From: the human T2T-CHM13v2.0 reference genome, Homo sapiens
Assembly (NCBI RefSeq): GCF_009914755.1
Contig: NC_060947.1
Direction: 5' to 3' (one strand)
DNA: 64,000 nucleotides
Shown here: positions 21,258 to 39,678 of the stretch, one piece after another
Layout of the letters: each line of letters starts with the position of its first letter
Position numbering within the stretch: the stretch's first letter is position 1
Made by a program: the position numbers and the translations under genes
The notes under the pieces: generated by a model
What the model was told of the DNA's origin: nothing
The model's input: only the letters and a program-made list of their open reading frames with translations
Databases searched by the model: none

Positions 21258-21529
21258 TTTTTTTTTTTTTTTTGAGACAGAGTCTCATTCCATCACCCAG
21301 GTGGAGGGCAGTGGCCCTTCCAGAGTTCAAGCGATTCTCGTGTCTCAGCCTCCCAAGTAACTGGAATTAACAGGCACGCACCACCATGCCCAGCTAATTT
21401 TTGTATTTTTAGTAGAGATGGGATTTCGCCATGTTGGCCAGGCTGATCTTGAACTCCTGATCTCAAGCGATCCAACTGCCTCAGCCTCCTGAAGTGCTGG
21501 ATTACAGGCATGAGCAACTGTGTCTAGCC
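21258..21529 (-). mobile_element. Alu (S-type) with an internal deletion in the right arm
   Basis: gcagtggcc joined directly to cttccagagttcaagcg; TSD-like AATTATCCA on both sides. Confidence 0.9.
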
Positions 21530-22589
21530 AATTATCCAGTCTTTTCAGGCAGGACAAGAACACTATGTCAGGGGACATATTAGTGCTGCTGTAACTTTAC
21601 TCTGGGATGTTATTTCCCTAAGAACATAAATTGCCTCTAATGGAAAAATCTGGCCAAGCACCCAAGATTTATGACTCTGAAGTAAAGGGAATCTTATAAG
21701 GTTGAGAACAGAGAGGAGATACACTTTGGCAAAAGATAAAGAAGAGGTAGAGTGGGGACATGGGAGGTTGGATGTATAATTAATTACCTCATAAGTTTGG
21801 TTCTATTAGAGTCTATAACTTTTTTTGAAAAGGGAAAACTGAGTATCACAGATATTAACTTAGTGATTATCAATAATTTGGGCCTTTGTTCTCCAGAATT
21901 AGTAGGCTAGACCTTGAGCAGACAATCCTTTAGTCCTTTCCTATGATTTTTCAAATCTCAGCTATAAACAGGACAACTAAAGGTATATATTTTTCTACAT
22001 ACCTATTTACTTATACCTTGGCTGCTTATAAAAATAATTTTGGGGAGGAATTATAATTTCTTACAGTTACAATACAAACAACTCTGGGCTTGCTTTAGCT
22101 TTCCCCCACTGATCAGCATTTTAGGACAGTAAATTAGGTGGGGTTTTAAAATCTATTTTGAGCTAAAATTGATTAACACTTTTGGAAGAATGTACAACAA
22201 ATTGCTTTGCTGATCACAGTAAATTACACAGTGTAATGGCATTAAAATAACATTAGCATGGAGATGGTATTTTGAAGCAAGGAAATGCTCCATTAGACTG
22301 GAAAAGCAATCCCTCCTATCTGCCCTTCCCCTCAGCTGGGCTTGAGAAAGGCTCATAGATCCTGTAGGCTGCTATCCTCTTCCCCAGCGGCCTTGAAGTC
22401 TAAGGTCTCAGAGTCTAGGTGACCCACACCAACATTTGTGTTGAGGATGTCCTTGGCTTTTCCCAACTGGTGAAAAAAATCAAGGCAAGAAAGTAAGTCC
22501 TGTTTTTGTCTATGGGTCTGGGGCAATATAGCCTTTGGAGTTTGAGTAGTGCCAATCTCTGGGATACCAGTTTAAATCAATTCATCAAA

Positions 22590-23870
22590 ATTATTAGTAC
22601 TACCTGTGATCACAGTATTCTATCAAGTACAGCATAGAAAAGACAGATAAATGAGGCTAGATCTCTGTTCTCAAGATGCTCAGAGTCTAGAGGGGGAAAG
22701 CAAGCTACAAACAAATTGTAAGTATAATACACTGAAAGAGGGGCAGAAAGTTGCTATGGGAATCCCAAATGGAGGGAAATTACTCCAATTCTAGAATTCT
22801 AGAGAGGCGGGAGATTTGGGAAGGCTTCACTAAAAGCAGCAACATTAAGGTGAACCTTGAAGGATGACCTTTCTGGAGGTGAGGATGGGGAAGTTCAGCG
22901 GAGAGAAAAGTATTCCAGGCAGAAGGACCTTCATGAAATGCTACAAGTCTCCCTCCCACTCCAGTCTATCTTCTAAACAACTGCTATAGAATCATAGCAA
23001 GTTGACAAGGTACCTTAAAACTTTGTTTTGCTTTGCAAAACACTCTCCTCAATCAATCCTCACCTTCTCCAGTTGTATCCTCTTTTCATTCTGTTCACTT
23101 CCCCCTATGTTCCTAAATATTCTAACCCTCTCCACTCCCTTAATATTAAACCATTTGTTTTTGCTTCCCTGTGTCTTGCACTTGATATTCTCTCTGTTTG
23201 GAATCTCTGTCCCCTTTTCCCATTCCTTCCCTTCCCCTTTCCCAACCTCCCTTTCACCTCTCTGTACTCTTCCCTTCTCAGTTTTTCCTTGACACATTCC
23301 TTGATTCCCCACTCCAAACAAAATTAGTCTCTGTCATTCTCTGTATTCTCAAAGAATTTTTATCTCCTCTGTGTTTATCATCTTATACAAGCTTTACTAC
23401 TTTATATCTGATACCCCCAAAAGACTAAGCACCAACACCCCCAACTCCACAGGGCCTAGCTCACATAGTGCTTATAACATGGTATGTACTTTATAAAAAC
23501 TGGTTAAACAATGATGTTGAATGGTAGGAAAAGATGGGAGAGAATTTAGGGAATAATGTTTGGCTGAAATAGGTACAAACAAGAAAATATAGTGGAAAGA
23601 TAAACTGAAATATACTGTGGAGGCCAACTAAATTGTAATTCAGGAAGATGCTGAAGGGTTTTGAGTAGTGAAGAATATTAGGACCAGTGAAAGTGGGAGA
23701 GACAGAGGGGGGGAAGATAGGAAAAAATGTTCAGGTGTGAGATGTCAAAAAGATTAGAATTCAGGAGGAGGAAATAGGAATGGAAAGGAGATGTTAGATG
23801 TAAGTAGAACTACATAGGTGTGCTGTATAGACCTGAAAGATGATTTAGATGTGACAGGTAAGGGAGCAGT
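22590..23870. mobile_element. Cluster of old L2 fragments in both orientations
   Basis: Antisense L2 3' end (22590-22940), sense L2 ending ...cacatagtgc...gttgaatgg (~23520), antisense L2 resumes afterwards. Confidence 0.5.
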
Positions 23871-24523
23871 AGTCAGAATATAGAGAGAAAAGACAGATCA
23901 AAGAGTTAATAGATGACTGTGAAAGAAGAATCATGGGTGGTTGGATTCCAGACCAGGGTAGTCTCAGAAATATCGGTGCCAGGATCTTCTTGGGAATAAA
24001 GCAAGGCCAGTATGAAGACCCATTATCAGGTACAACATGTCTAATGAAGCTGACCAGGACCTTAGCTGTCACACTGGAAAGAAAGCAACTGACAAGCAAG
24101 CTGTTACAGATGGGGAATCTTCAGGTTGGGTTAGGGACTGTAATGAAGCAAGGAGATGGTACTGCTATAGCAAATAGGCCCACAGACAGTTTTCCAAGCT
24201 AGCCCAGCTAGCTCTGTCTAGTCTGATTCTTCCCAGTCTAGCTTTAGTCAGAATAATGGATGGCAGAATCAGCAACAGTACAGGGAGCACATTCTAATCC
24301 ATAACTCTGCTTGGCTAATTCTATTTTCAGATATCTATCAGGATTTTAAGACCCTAAGCTAGAAATACGGAGGTATGATGATGTTAAGTACAGGAAACAT
24401 GCTTAAATGAGCAACGATACAAGTTTTAACAATATTAAGGGTGAGAAAGACATCAAGAAGAGATTACTACAGCTACACTGTAAAGAATTCTATATATCTC
24501 AAAAGTATGGTATGACTCTATTA

Positions 24524-24885
<362 letters not shown>

Positions 24886-25104
24886 TCATATAGAAGAGGG
24901 GATACTGTATAATGGACAGAGTACGATCATTAGCTAGGTGTCCTCAGACAAGCTCCCTCCCTTCTCTGGTACTTAGTTTTACTAGCTATACAATAAGGGA
25001 GAAAAACTAGATTATATCTAAGGGTTCTTTTAGTTCCTAACAATCTAGAATTCATTTAATTTTTGTCTCTTTCTTTCTTGCTTCTTTCTTCTCTCTGTCT
25101 CTCT

Positions 25105-25721
25105 CTCTTTTTTTTTTTTTGAAACAGAGTCTGGCTTTGTCACCCAGGCTGGAGTGCAGTGGCATGATCTCGGCTCACTGCAACCTCCGCCTGCCACTCA
25201 GCCTCTCGAGTAGCTGTGATTACAGGCTACCATCACGCCCTTCCTTCCTTCCTTCCTTCCTTCCTTCCTTCCTTTCCTTCCTTCCTTCCCTCCCTCCCTC
25301 CCTCTTTTCTTCCTTCCTTCCTTCCTTTCCTTCCTTCCTTCCCTCCCTCCCTCTTTTCTTCCTTCCTTCCTTCCCTTCCTCTTCTTTCCTTCCCTCCCTC
25401 CCTCTTCTTTCCTTCCCTCCCTCCCTCCTCCCTTCCTTCCCTTCCTTCCCTTCCTTCCCTCCTTCCTTCCTTCCTTTCCAGAGTCTCGCTCTATCCCCAA
25501 GGCTGGAGTGCAACAGCGCGATCTTGCTTCACTGCAACCTCTGCCTCCCAGGTACAAGCGGTTCTCCTGCCTTATCCTCCTAAGCTAATTTTTGTATTTT
25601 TAGTAGAGGCGGGGTTTCGCCATGTTGGCCAGTCTGGTCTGGAACTTGTGACCTCAGGTGATCCGGCTGTCTCGGCCTCCCAAAGTGCTAGGATTACAGG
25701 CATGAGCCACTATGCCCAGCC
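25105..25721 (-). mobile_element. Compound Alu: full Alu (25479-25721), (CCTT)n tract, extra right-arm fragment (25105-25238)
   Basis: Two separate 'cagagtct...caggctggagtgc...cactgcaacctc' right-arm ends flank the pyrimidine repeat. Confidence 0.85.
25239..25478. repeat. ~240-bp (CCTT)n/(CCCT)n polypyrimidine microsatellite
   Basis: Direct reading. Confidence 0.95.
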
Positions 25722-27316
25722 TATTTTTTCGTCTTTAAAAATTGAAACTAATTACATGTACTACAAAAAATTGACATGCAAGAATAAATTCTGATTTAAG
25801 TTTTGTGTGATACTGAGATGAGCCTGAGGGAACTCTTTAATCCCTTCCATCTCATGTCCTTTCCTGTATGCCTCTGATTTTTATACACACATACCCCAAT
25901 CCTGTCAGGGGTAGCAAGTAGGGTGCTGCTGGCGGCGACAGGGCTCCGTATGTATCACCTGCCTTCATTTTTGGCAGCCACCAATCTAAGAGGGACCCTC
26001 TTTGCCATCATGTTCCTAGGCAGAAGTGATAGTGGCTGCATTTGTGTCCTAGCTCAGTGCCTCAACATTTGGGTCTCCCTTCCCTTTTCTTTCTCTCTGT
26101 ACCGGTTTTATCTGTACCATTTTTTGTGACATCACTCTAAAGAAATTTTCAAGAAGAGTAGGTGCATAAGACGATGAATCAATGAGAAAGCATGTACAAA
26201 TGCACTGTATATATTAAAGCACTATACAAATGCCAGGAAACAATATTCATTAAGACTGGAATTAGGGGTAGAAAGAACAAGCAGAGGCACTATTAGGTTC
26301 AAGTCAAGAATAGCCAGCCTCCTCACTAGTCTTAACTTTTAAACCTTATAACTATAGGTAGCTCAACTTCACTGACACATCTGAGTCCCTTTGCCTTTGT
26401 GAAAGAATTTTATTTTCAGGACTTCTGCCTGCTTTCTTTCTCAAATCTGAGGAAAGAGTGACAGAAGAGTATAATCACTGTTTCTCAGGTGGGGTATTTC
26501 TTTCTAAAGACAGTCACTTTCTCCTTGACTCTAGATCCAAATGGGCAGTATAATGGTATATTAGGAACAGAGAGATCAACCTGGAAGACCCATTTGTGTG
26601 TGGAAGATGGCGAGTCCTCTGAAGAACCACACCACTATAGCCTGGCCCTTTCTGAGAATGCATTTATATAAGGACTATATCCTAATCAAAGAGTGCTTTT
26701 GTTGCCAGGCAGCACTGAGTTACATTTAATGCTTGAGCGCAATAACTTTAGGCTAAATTATCTTTTGACTTTCTCCATATGGTTTCTAATCTATTTTCTT
26801 ATTACTAATTTATCCTGTTAACTGCATTTTAAAAAATGTTATTACATTCTTTTCAGAAATGTAATCACTAAACCACAGGGCTGGAAGGATCTTGGAAGAT
26901 AGTCTCATCCCAAACTCCCCATTTTACAAGTGGGGTAACCAAGTCCCAGAAAGGGGAAACTACTTGCCAGTGTTACATAGTGATTTGGTAACACATACAC
27001 ATTCTTGGATGTGGGATGTATGTTGCCTTCTAGTCCAGAAATATCCCCATAGCACCAAGTTACTTACCAAGTGGAATGTAAGTTATCAATAAAAATAACC
27101 ACTAATCAGAGGGCTACTAACTTTTTGTTTGTCTTTATTGGAGGAAATGCTGTCAGAAATAAGAAAGCTGTTCTTACTTATCCCAAGAGGAGAAGTGAAA
27201 AGTAGAGATAAAGCCAAAATCCATCTGAGAAGTAGGCACTGCTCTTCCAGCCTCTGGTTCTAGAGCTCTGTATTGTCACCCCAAGGCATACCCACCCAAG
27301 CAACACATTTCCTCCT

Positions 27317-27354
27317 TACACACACACACGCACACACACACACACACACACACA
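27317..27354. repeat. (CA)n microsatellite
   Basis: Direct reading. Confidence 0.9.
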
Positions 27355-27550
27355 GGACATTCATGTACACTCAAAAAAATTATGGTGACTTTCTTCTTCC
27401 ATCATGGAAGCAGGATGCAATATAAAGGACTGGAAGTTGGAAGATGAAAAAAGCTGGGAATTCTTTGGAAGTGCTAAAATAAATTCAGCTATTTAATAAT
27501 GACCAGTTAAGATACCATTTGAAATTTTGGGGGGAGAATAGAGGGACTAG

Positions 27551-28221
<671 letters not shown>

Positions 28222-29507
28222 TTCTTTTTCTTCATATATATACATATATAAAATTCCAAGTGATCATAGTTTTCTTTTACTCATTTCTGACTTCATTCTA
28301 ACTTCCAAAGCAGAAAACAAGACCATAAAGAGATAAACATCAAATTAATTACTATATTTCAGAACCCCTAAGAATTATAGAACTATCTATTCATTTCCCT
28401 ACAGATCAGATATTTTTAGGTAAGTACACAAGAATAATGCATAAATGGTTCCAAGTAAATTGAAGACAATGCATACTCAAATACAAAACATCCCATTAAA
28501 AAAAGTGATACTACTGTCCTGGCCCAGGAAACAATCTTGGTCCCACTGTAGTTTTCCCATGAGATACTGAGGTAGCTGTTACAGGTAACTGGGAGCCTCA
28601 GTTTTACCATCCATAAAATCTCTGGCCTTCCTTCTTAATATCAGGGTAGTTCCCAGGCCATCCTAACATGTGTACTTGAAACAGTGATACCCTTTCTATA
28701 TTCTAAGCAGTGAAGAACAGCATAGTTCAACACTGAAGAAGGTCTGTGAATCTGGGGCTTACTTGAGCACTCCACTTCCTTACCTCTCTTGGCTATGTGG
28801 AAACAAAATACAAACAGCTTGCTGGAAGGCTGGGACTGTCACATGGGTGTGGATGTATGTTAAGTTTTTTCACATTTATTAAATACCTGTTTTATATGTT
28901 AGACTATGCCATGAGGAAAACAGAAGTGAGAAACACAAGCTGTAGCCTCAAAGCACTTACAATCTTAGAGAGGTAGGCATGTACTTGGCAAAGCAGGTAT
29001 CTCTCAGTGGGACAAGTCTTAGATTGGCTCAAATATTTATTTCTGTATTTTGATTTTACTTTCAAAATATTCTCCTAGCCTTGTTGATCCCCAGATAGGT
29101 CTTCTAGATATTGGTTCAACGTGAATTTCTTTCACCAAGAAAAAAAAAATCCCTTTGGTTCACAGGCTTGGGCCCTACAGGAAAAATAAATAAATAAATA
29201 AATCCATCTCTGATCACTCCATGAAGATAAGTGCACTTCCCACTTAACTCTGGACTTGCTTTCACTAAGTACACAACTGCTAGGCAATCCATGCCAAGTG
29301 GTAAAACTACTGTTTCAGATCCCACCCTCATCACACTCCTTTTGCAGATATGCTTGTAGTGGAGCCCAGCAGTCATGCTCAAACTGATAGGCTGATAAAT
29401 GCTTAGACCTTTTCACAGCCAGAAGACCTGTCACTGCCAAAGGTCAAAGGACTCAGGCATCCTCCATCAGTAAGTGAACTCCACTGGGGTAAATTTTAAA
29501 TTAAAAA

Positions 29508-29882
<375 letters not shown>

Positions 29883-30710
29883 TTAATTTTTGTGGGTACA
29901 TGATAGTTATTGGCTACTTATATATGGGGAAAGTACTTTAAGATGACTTTGACCATCTGTACAATACTTTTACAACTGCTGTTTAATTTTTATTCAACAG
30001 AGGAAAGGAAAATTTCAATAATTCCACAAAAGCACCCAGGAACCCAAACACACGTGTTAATAAGGCCATGTCCCCCCACCCCCATTAGAAGCATTTTCTC
30101 ATATTCCTTTTATTTGCCACATGAGACAAGGAATGGGCTATCCAGGAGCAAGGGAAAGGATACAGGGCTAAGAAGAGTGGAATATCAGAAAAGAAGAGGG
30201 GTTGGGCCTAAGAATAAGTATGTTGCCATTCTAGTTAGAATTCTGTAATAGCCTAGCAATCATTTATACTATTAACTCTCTATTCTGACCCCTCACAACT
30301 CATTACTGTTACCCATACCCAAGGCAGCAAAGAAGTCCTCAGAGCACCATAGTTTGAAATAGTTCACTAGGTAGCACCCAACTCAAGCCAATCCTGGCTG
30401 ATGCCCAAAGCCATACACGTGGCATTCTGGGGGTGCTGTGCTCATTAAAGTCTGCATAGGAAACACCCATTGCACATGCAATTCCGAAGCCCACATTTCT
30501 TGAACAATAGTCAGCTCTGCAGGACTCCTCCCAAATCTAGCAGCCAAATCCACAGTAGGGGAGAACTTCTAGGGGCTAGCCTTCTGCAAGTTCACCTACT
30601 GATGGGCGAAACAGGTCCTGGAGAGGGCAAGGATGAACGCTGTTTCCTGCAACTACAGTGTACACTTACCTTTTCTGTGCCAGGATTTGGGCTCACTTGC
30701 AACATCCAAT

Positions 30711-30909
30711 CTGTCCCCTCCAATATAATAGCCTCTAGTCATATGCAGCTACTTAAATTTAAATGTAAATTAATTAAAACTTCAGTTCTTCAGTAATACT
30801 AGAAAAATTTCAAGTGCTCAGTAATCACCTGTGGCTAGTGGTTACAATATTGGACAGAGCAGATACCGAACATTTTCATTATCACAGAAAGTTCTACTAG
30901 ACAGCACTG
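30711..30909. mobile_element. MER3/MER33-like hAT DNA transposon
   Basis: tagcctctagtcatatgcagctac...caagtgctcagtaatcacctgtggctagtgg...gaaagttctactagacagcactg. Confidence 0.75.
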
Positions 30910-33900
30910 TTATTCTTGTTTCCTAACTAACTTGTCTATTTGCATGGGATGGCCTAGGGTTTTATTTATTTTATTGGTCTCAGGTGCAGAGGTTGATGTC
31001 ATCATATTCTTCAATTCATCAGTGATCCAAGAAAGGCTTCCCTTTTGCCATTATTCAGTTATTCTGATTTATTTCCACAGTCTTTCTTAGGTAACCATTC
31101 TAATGTGGTAAATTGCGGGTATCTTATCTCCATGGAATAGAGACTCTTGTCCTGTCCTTCAATATTCTAACTTACCAGAATTACTCTTTGCCCATTTTAG
31201 ACCATTGTCCATTTTTTGCTTGGCTCTGATCCTGTATGAGGTTTCTTCCTTAATTTCAAATAATGGGTTTCCATCGGTCTTTGGTCTTGATTACCTAGAC
31301 TCAGGTTATTAGCTCACAGAGTCCCTTATTTCTTTTGCTTGTTTCTGACTCTTCCTACATCTTCTTTTCTTTGCCTTTCTGCCACTCAAGATTCAGTGTG
31401 AAGGGTAGTTTCTTGACTAAAGTGTTCTCTGAGCGGTGGGGGTTAGGAACTTAATGGAGACAATGTTGCTAGACTGACAACCAGAGATGCCCAGTGCCTG
31501 ATGGGAAGTTTCATGTTCTCTGTTAGCTTGACACACTAGGGAAATAACCTTTTAATCCAGTGCAGCATGTTTCATTTAGTCGTGTTAGCCAGTTCGAAGA
31601 TGTTATGAAAAACATCCCCAGAGAGACTTAACATTTGAAAAACATTCTGAGTTTGAACTTAATTCAACTACTCCAGAAGGCTAAAACAATGGAAGATGAC
31701 CTTTTAGGCACTTCATATGCCAGACACTGTTAGGCCAGATAATGTCATGCCAAATTAGAATGTCTGTCTCTTGGGGAAGAGGAGAGTGGGTGGGAAGAAG
31801 GGGTTGTGGGTATTATTTTAATTAAAATCATCTTTTAAAATGATCTAACATAAAAAATTAATAATCTACAGAGACACAAAGAAGGATTAAGCAGGGGAAA
31901 CATGATGTCATTAAGATGGCAGGAACAGAATGAATATATGTTCTAATAAACTTTGATAAGTGATATAGACAAATTGGAACTCATTTAGATAAAAAGTCTA
32001 GAACAAGAGGACTCAAAACTGATTTAAAAAAAAACTTTTATTTTGGGTTCAGGGATACATATGTAAATTTGTTATATAGGTCATAACATGGGGGTTTGTT
32101 GTACAGTTTATTTTGTCACCCAGGGACAAAGATTAGTACTTAATCGTTACTTTTTCTGATCCTCTCCCTCCTCCCTCCCTCCACCCTCAAGTAAGCCCCA
32201 GTGTCTGTTGTTCCCCTATTTGCATCCATGTATTTGCATCATTTAGCTCCCACTTCTATGTGAGAACAAGTGGTATTTGGTATTCTGTTCCTGCACTAGA
32301 TTGCTAAGAATAATGGCCTCCAGCTCTGTCCATGTCCCTGCGAAGGACATGACCTCGTTCTTTTTTTATGGTATTCCATGGTGTATATGTACCACATTTT
32401 CTTTATCCTATCTGCTACTGATGAGCATTTAGGCTGATCCCATGTCTTTGCTATTGTGAATAGTGCTGCAATGAACATATGTATGCATGTGTCTTTATAA
32501 CAGAATGATTTATATTCCTTTGCATATATACCCAGTAATGGGATTATTGACTTGAATGGTAGGTCTGTTTTTAGCTCTTTGAGGAATTGCCACCTACTTT
32601 TCACATTGGTCAAATTAATTTACCCTCCCACCAACAGTGTATAAGCATTTATTTTTCTCTACAACTTCGCCAACATCTGTTATTTTTTGACTTCTTAATA
32701 ATAGCCATTCTGACTGGCATGAAATGTCATCTCATTGTGGTCTTAATTTGCATTTCTCTAATGATCAGTGACGCTGAGATTTTTTTCATATGATTGTCTT
32801 CTTTTGAAAAGTGTCTGTTCATGTCCTTTGCCCACTTTTTAATGGGGTTGTTTGTTTTTTCTTGTAAATGTGTTGAAGTTCCTTAAAGATGCTGGATATT
32901 AGACCTTTGTCGAATGCATAGTTTGTAAAAATTTTCTCCCATTCTGTAGCTTGTCTGTTCACTCTGTTGATAGTTTCTTTCGCTGTACAGAAGCTCTTTA
33001 GTTTAACTAGGTCCCATTTGTCAAATTTTGCTTTTGTTATGGTTGCTTTTGGCATCTTTGTCATGAAATCTTTGCCTATTCCTATGTCCAAAATGGCACT
33101 GCCTAGGTTGTCTTCCAGGGATTTTATAGTTTTGGGTTTTACATTTAAGTCTTTAATTCATCTTCAGTTGATTTTTGTATATGGTGTAAAGAAGGTGTTC
33201 AGTTTCAATCTTCTGCCTATATCTAGACAGTTATCCCAGCAACATTTATTGAATAGGGAGTCCTTTACCCATTGCTTGTTTTTGTCCACTGTGTTGAAGA
33301 TTAGATGGCTATAGGTGAGAGGCCTTACTTCTGGACTCCCTTTTCTGTCCCATTGGTATATGTGTCTGTTTTTGTACCAGTACTATCCTGTTTTGGTTAC
33401 TATATCCCTGTAGTACAGTTTGAAGTTGGGTAACCTTGGTGCCTCCAGCTTTGCTCCTTTTGCTTAGGATTGCCTGGGCTACTTGGGCTCTTTTTTTGGT
33501 TCCATATGAATTTTAAAATAGTTTTTTCTAGTTCTATTAAGAATGTCCTTGGTAATTTGATAGGAATATCATTGAATCTATAAATTGCTTTGGGCAATAT
33601 GGCCATTTTAATGATATTGATTCTTCCTATCCATGAGCATGGACTATTTTTCCATTTGTGTGTGTCATCTCTGATTTCTTTGAGCAGTGTTTTGTAATTC
33701 TGAGTGTAGAGATCGTTGACCTCCCTTGTTAGCTGTATTCTTAGGTATTTTATTCTTTTTGTGGCAATTATGAATGGGTTTGTGTTCCTGATTTGGCTCT
33801 CAGCTTGGATGTTGTTAGCATATAGGAATGCTAGTGATTTTTGTACATTGATTTTGTATCCTGAGACTTTGCTGAAGTTGTTTATTGGCTGAAGGAATTT

Positions 33901-34418
33901 TTGGGCTGAGACTATGAGATTTTCTAGACACAGAATCACGTCACTTGCAAATAGGGATAGTTTGACTTCCTCTCTTCCTATTTGGATGCCCTTTATTTCT
34001 TTCTCTTGTCTGATTACTCTGGCCAGAACTTCTAATATGTTGAATAGGAACGGTGAGGGAGGACATCCTTGTCTTGTGCCAGTTTTCAATGGAAATGCTT
34101 CCAGCTTTTGCCCATTCAGTATGATGTTGGCTGTGGGTTTGTAATAGATGGCTCTTATTATTTTGAAGTATGTTCCTTCAATACCTAGTTTATTGAGAAT
34201 TTTTAACATGAAGAGATGCTGAATTTTAACAAAGCCTTTTCTGCATCTATTGAGATAATCATGGGGTTTTTGTCTTTAGTTGTGTTTATGTGATGAATCA
34301 CATTTATTGATTTGCATATGTTGAACCTACCTTGCATCCCAGGGAAAAGTCTAGTTGATCATGGTGTATTAGCTTTTTGATTGCTCCTGGATTCAGTTTG
34401 CAAGTATTGTGTTGATGA

Positions 34419-34813
<395 letters not shown>

Positions 34814-35563
34814 TGAATCAGGATGATGCTGGCCTCATAGAATGAGTTAGAGAGGTGTCTCTCCCCCTCAATTTTTTGGAATAGTTTTGGTAGGAATGTT
34901 ACCAGCTCTTCTTTGTACATCTTGAAGAACTTGGCTGTGAATCGACCTGGTCCTGGGCAATTTTTCAGTTGGTAGACTATTTATTACTGATTCAATTTTG
35001 GAGCTTGTTACTAATTCCTTGTTCAGAAAATAAATTCCTCCCTGGTTCAGTCTTGGGAGAATGTATGTGTCCAGGAATTTATCCATCTCTTCTAGGTTTT
35101 CCAGTTTGTGTCCATAGAGGTGTTTGTAGTAGTCTCTGGTGGTTGTTTGTATTTCTGTGGTGTCAGTGGTAACATCCTCTTTGTCATTTCTCATTGTATT
35201 TATTTGTATCTTCTCTCCTTTATTATTTATTAGTCTGGCTAGTGGCTTATCTATCTTAATATTTTTTTTCAAAAAACCAACTCCTATTTACATTTCTCTT
35301 TTGAATGGTTTTTCGTGTCTTGACCTCCTTCAGTTCAGCTCTGATTTTGGTTATTTCTTGTCTTCTGCTAGCTTTGGGGTTGGTTTGCTCTTGCTTCTAT
35401 AGTTCTTTTAGTTGTGGTGTCTAATTTGAGATATTTCTAGCTTTCTGATGTGGGCATTTGGCACTGTAAATTTCTCTTTTAACACCGCGTCCCAGAGACT
35501 CTAGTATGTTGTATCTTTGTTCTTATCAGTTTCAAGGAAATTCTTAAATTCTGCCTCAATTTC

Positions 35564-38259
<2,696 letters not shown>

Positions 38260-39350
38260 ATTCTGCCTCAATTTCATCATTCACCCAAAAGCCATTCAGG
38301 AGCAGGTTGTTGAATTTCCATGCTATTGCACTGTTTTCTGTGAGTTTTTTTTTAGTCCTGATTGCTATCTTTGTTGTGCTGTGGTTTGAGAGTGTGTTTG
38401 ATATGATTTTGGTTCTTTTGCCTTTGTTGAGGATTGTTTTATGTCTGATTGTGTGGTTGATTATAGAGTATGCGCCATGTGGCAGTGAGAAGAATGTATA
38501 TTCTGTTGTTTTGGGGTGGAGCATTCTGTAGAGGTCTATCAGGTCCATTTGGTCCAATGTTGAGTTCACGTCCTAAATATCTTTGTTAACTTTTTGCCTT
38601 GATGATCTGTCTAATACTGTCAGTGGAGTGCTAAAGTCTCCCACTATTATTGTGTGGGAATCTAGGTCTCTTTGTAGGTCTCTAAGAACTTGCTTTATGA
38701 ATCTGGGTGCTCCTGTGATAGGTGCATATATATTTATACTAGTTAGGACTTCTCGTTCAATTAAACTTTGTACCATTATGTAATGCCCTTTTTAGTCTTT
38801 TTAAAAGTCTGTGTTGGTTTAAAGTCTGTTTTGTCTGAAATTAGGACTGCAACCCCTGCATTTTTCTGATTTCCATTTGCTTGGTAGATTTTCCTTCATC
38901 CCTTTGTTTTGAGACTGTAGGTGTCACTGTATGTAAGTTGGGTTTCTTGAAGATGGCTTATCATTGGGTCTTGCTTTTTATCCAGCTTACCACTCTGTGC
39001 TTTTTAAATGAGGCATTTATCCCATTTACATTCAAGATTAGTATTCATATGTGCGGATTTGATCCTGTCATTATGTTGTTAGCTGGTTATTATGCCTACC
39101 TGTTTGTGTGGTTGCTTTATAGTGTCATTGGACAGTGTACTTAAGTTTGTTTACGTATTGGCTGGTAGCAGCCTTTCCTTTCCATATTTAGTGCTCCTTT
39201 CAAGATCTCTTGTAAGGCAGTTATGGTTGTAATAAACTTCCTCTGCATTTGCTTATCTGAAAAGGACCTTATTTCTCCTTTGCTGAGGAAGCTTAATTTG
39301 GCTGAGTATGAAATTCTCGGTTGAAGATTTTTTTCTTTAAGAATGTTGAG

Positions 39351-39678
<328 letters not shown>

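Noticed and set aside
25119-25794. Long low-complexity ORFs (PSFL/GRKE repeats), and similar ones at 18312-18837 and 23002-23428
   Set aside because: Translation products of microsatellites and Alu sequence.
31000-32020. Possible L3/CR1 remnant continuous with 42080-42360 across the L1 insertion
   Set aside because: Resemblance is too degenerate to assign boundaries by eye.
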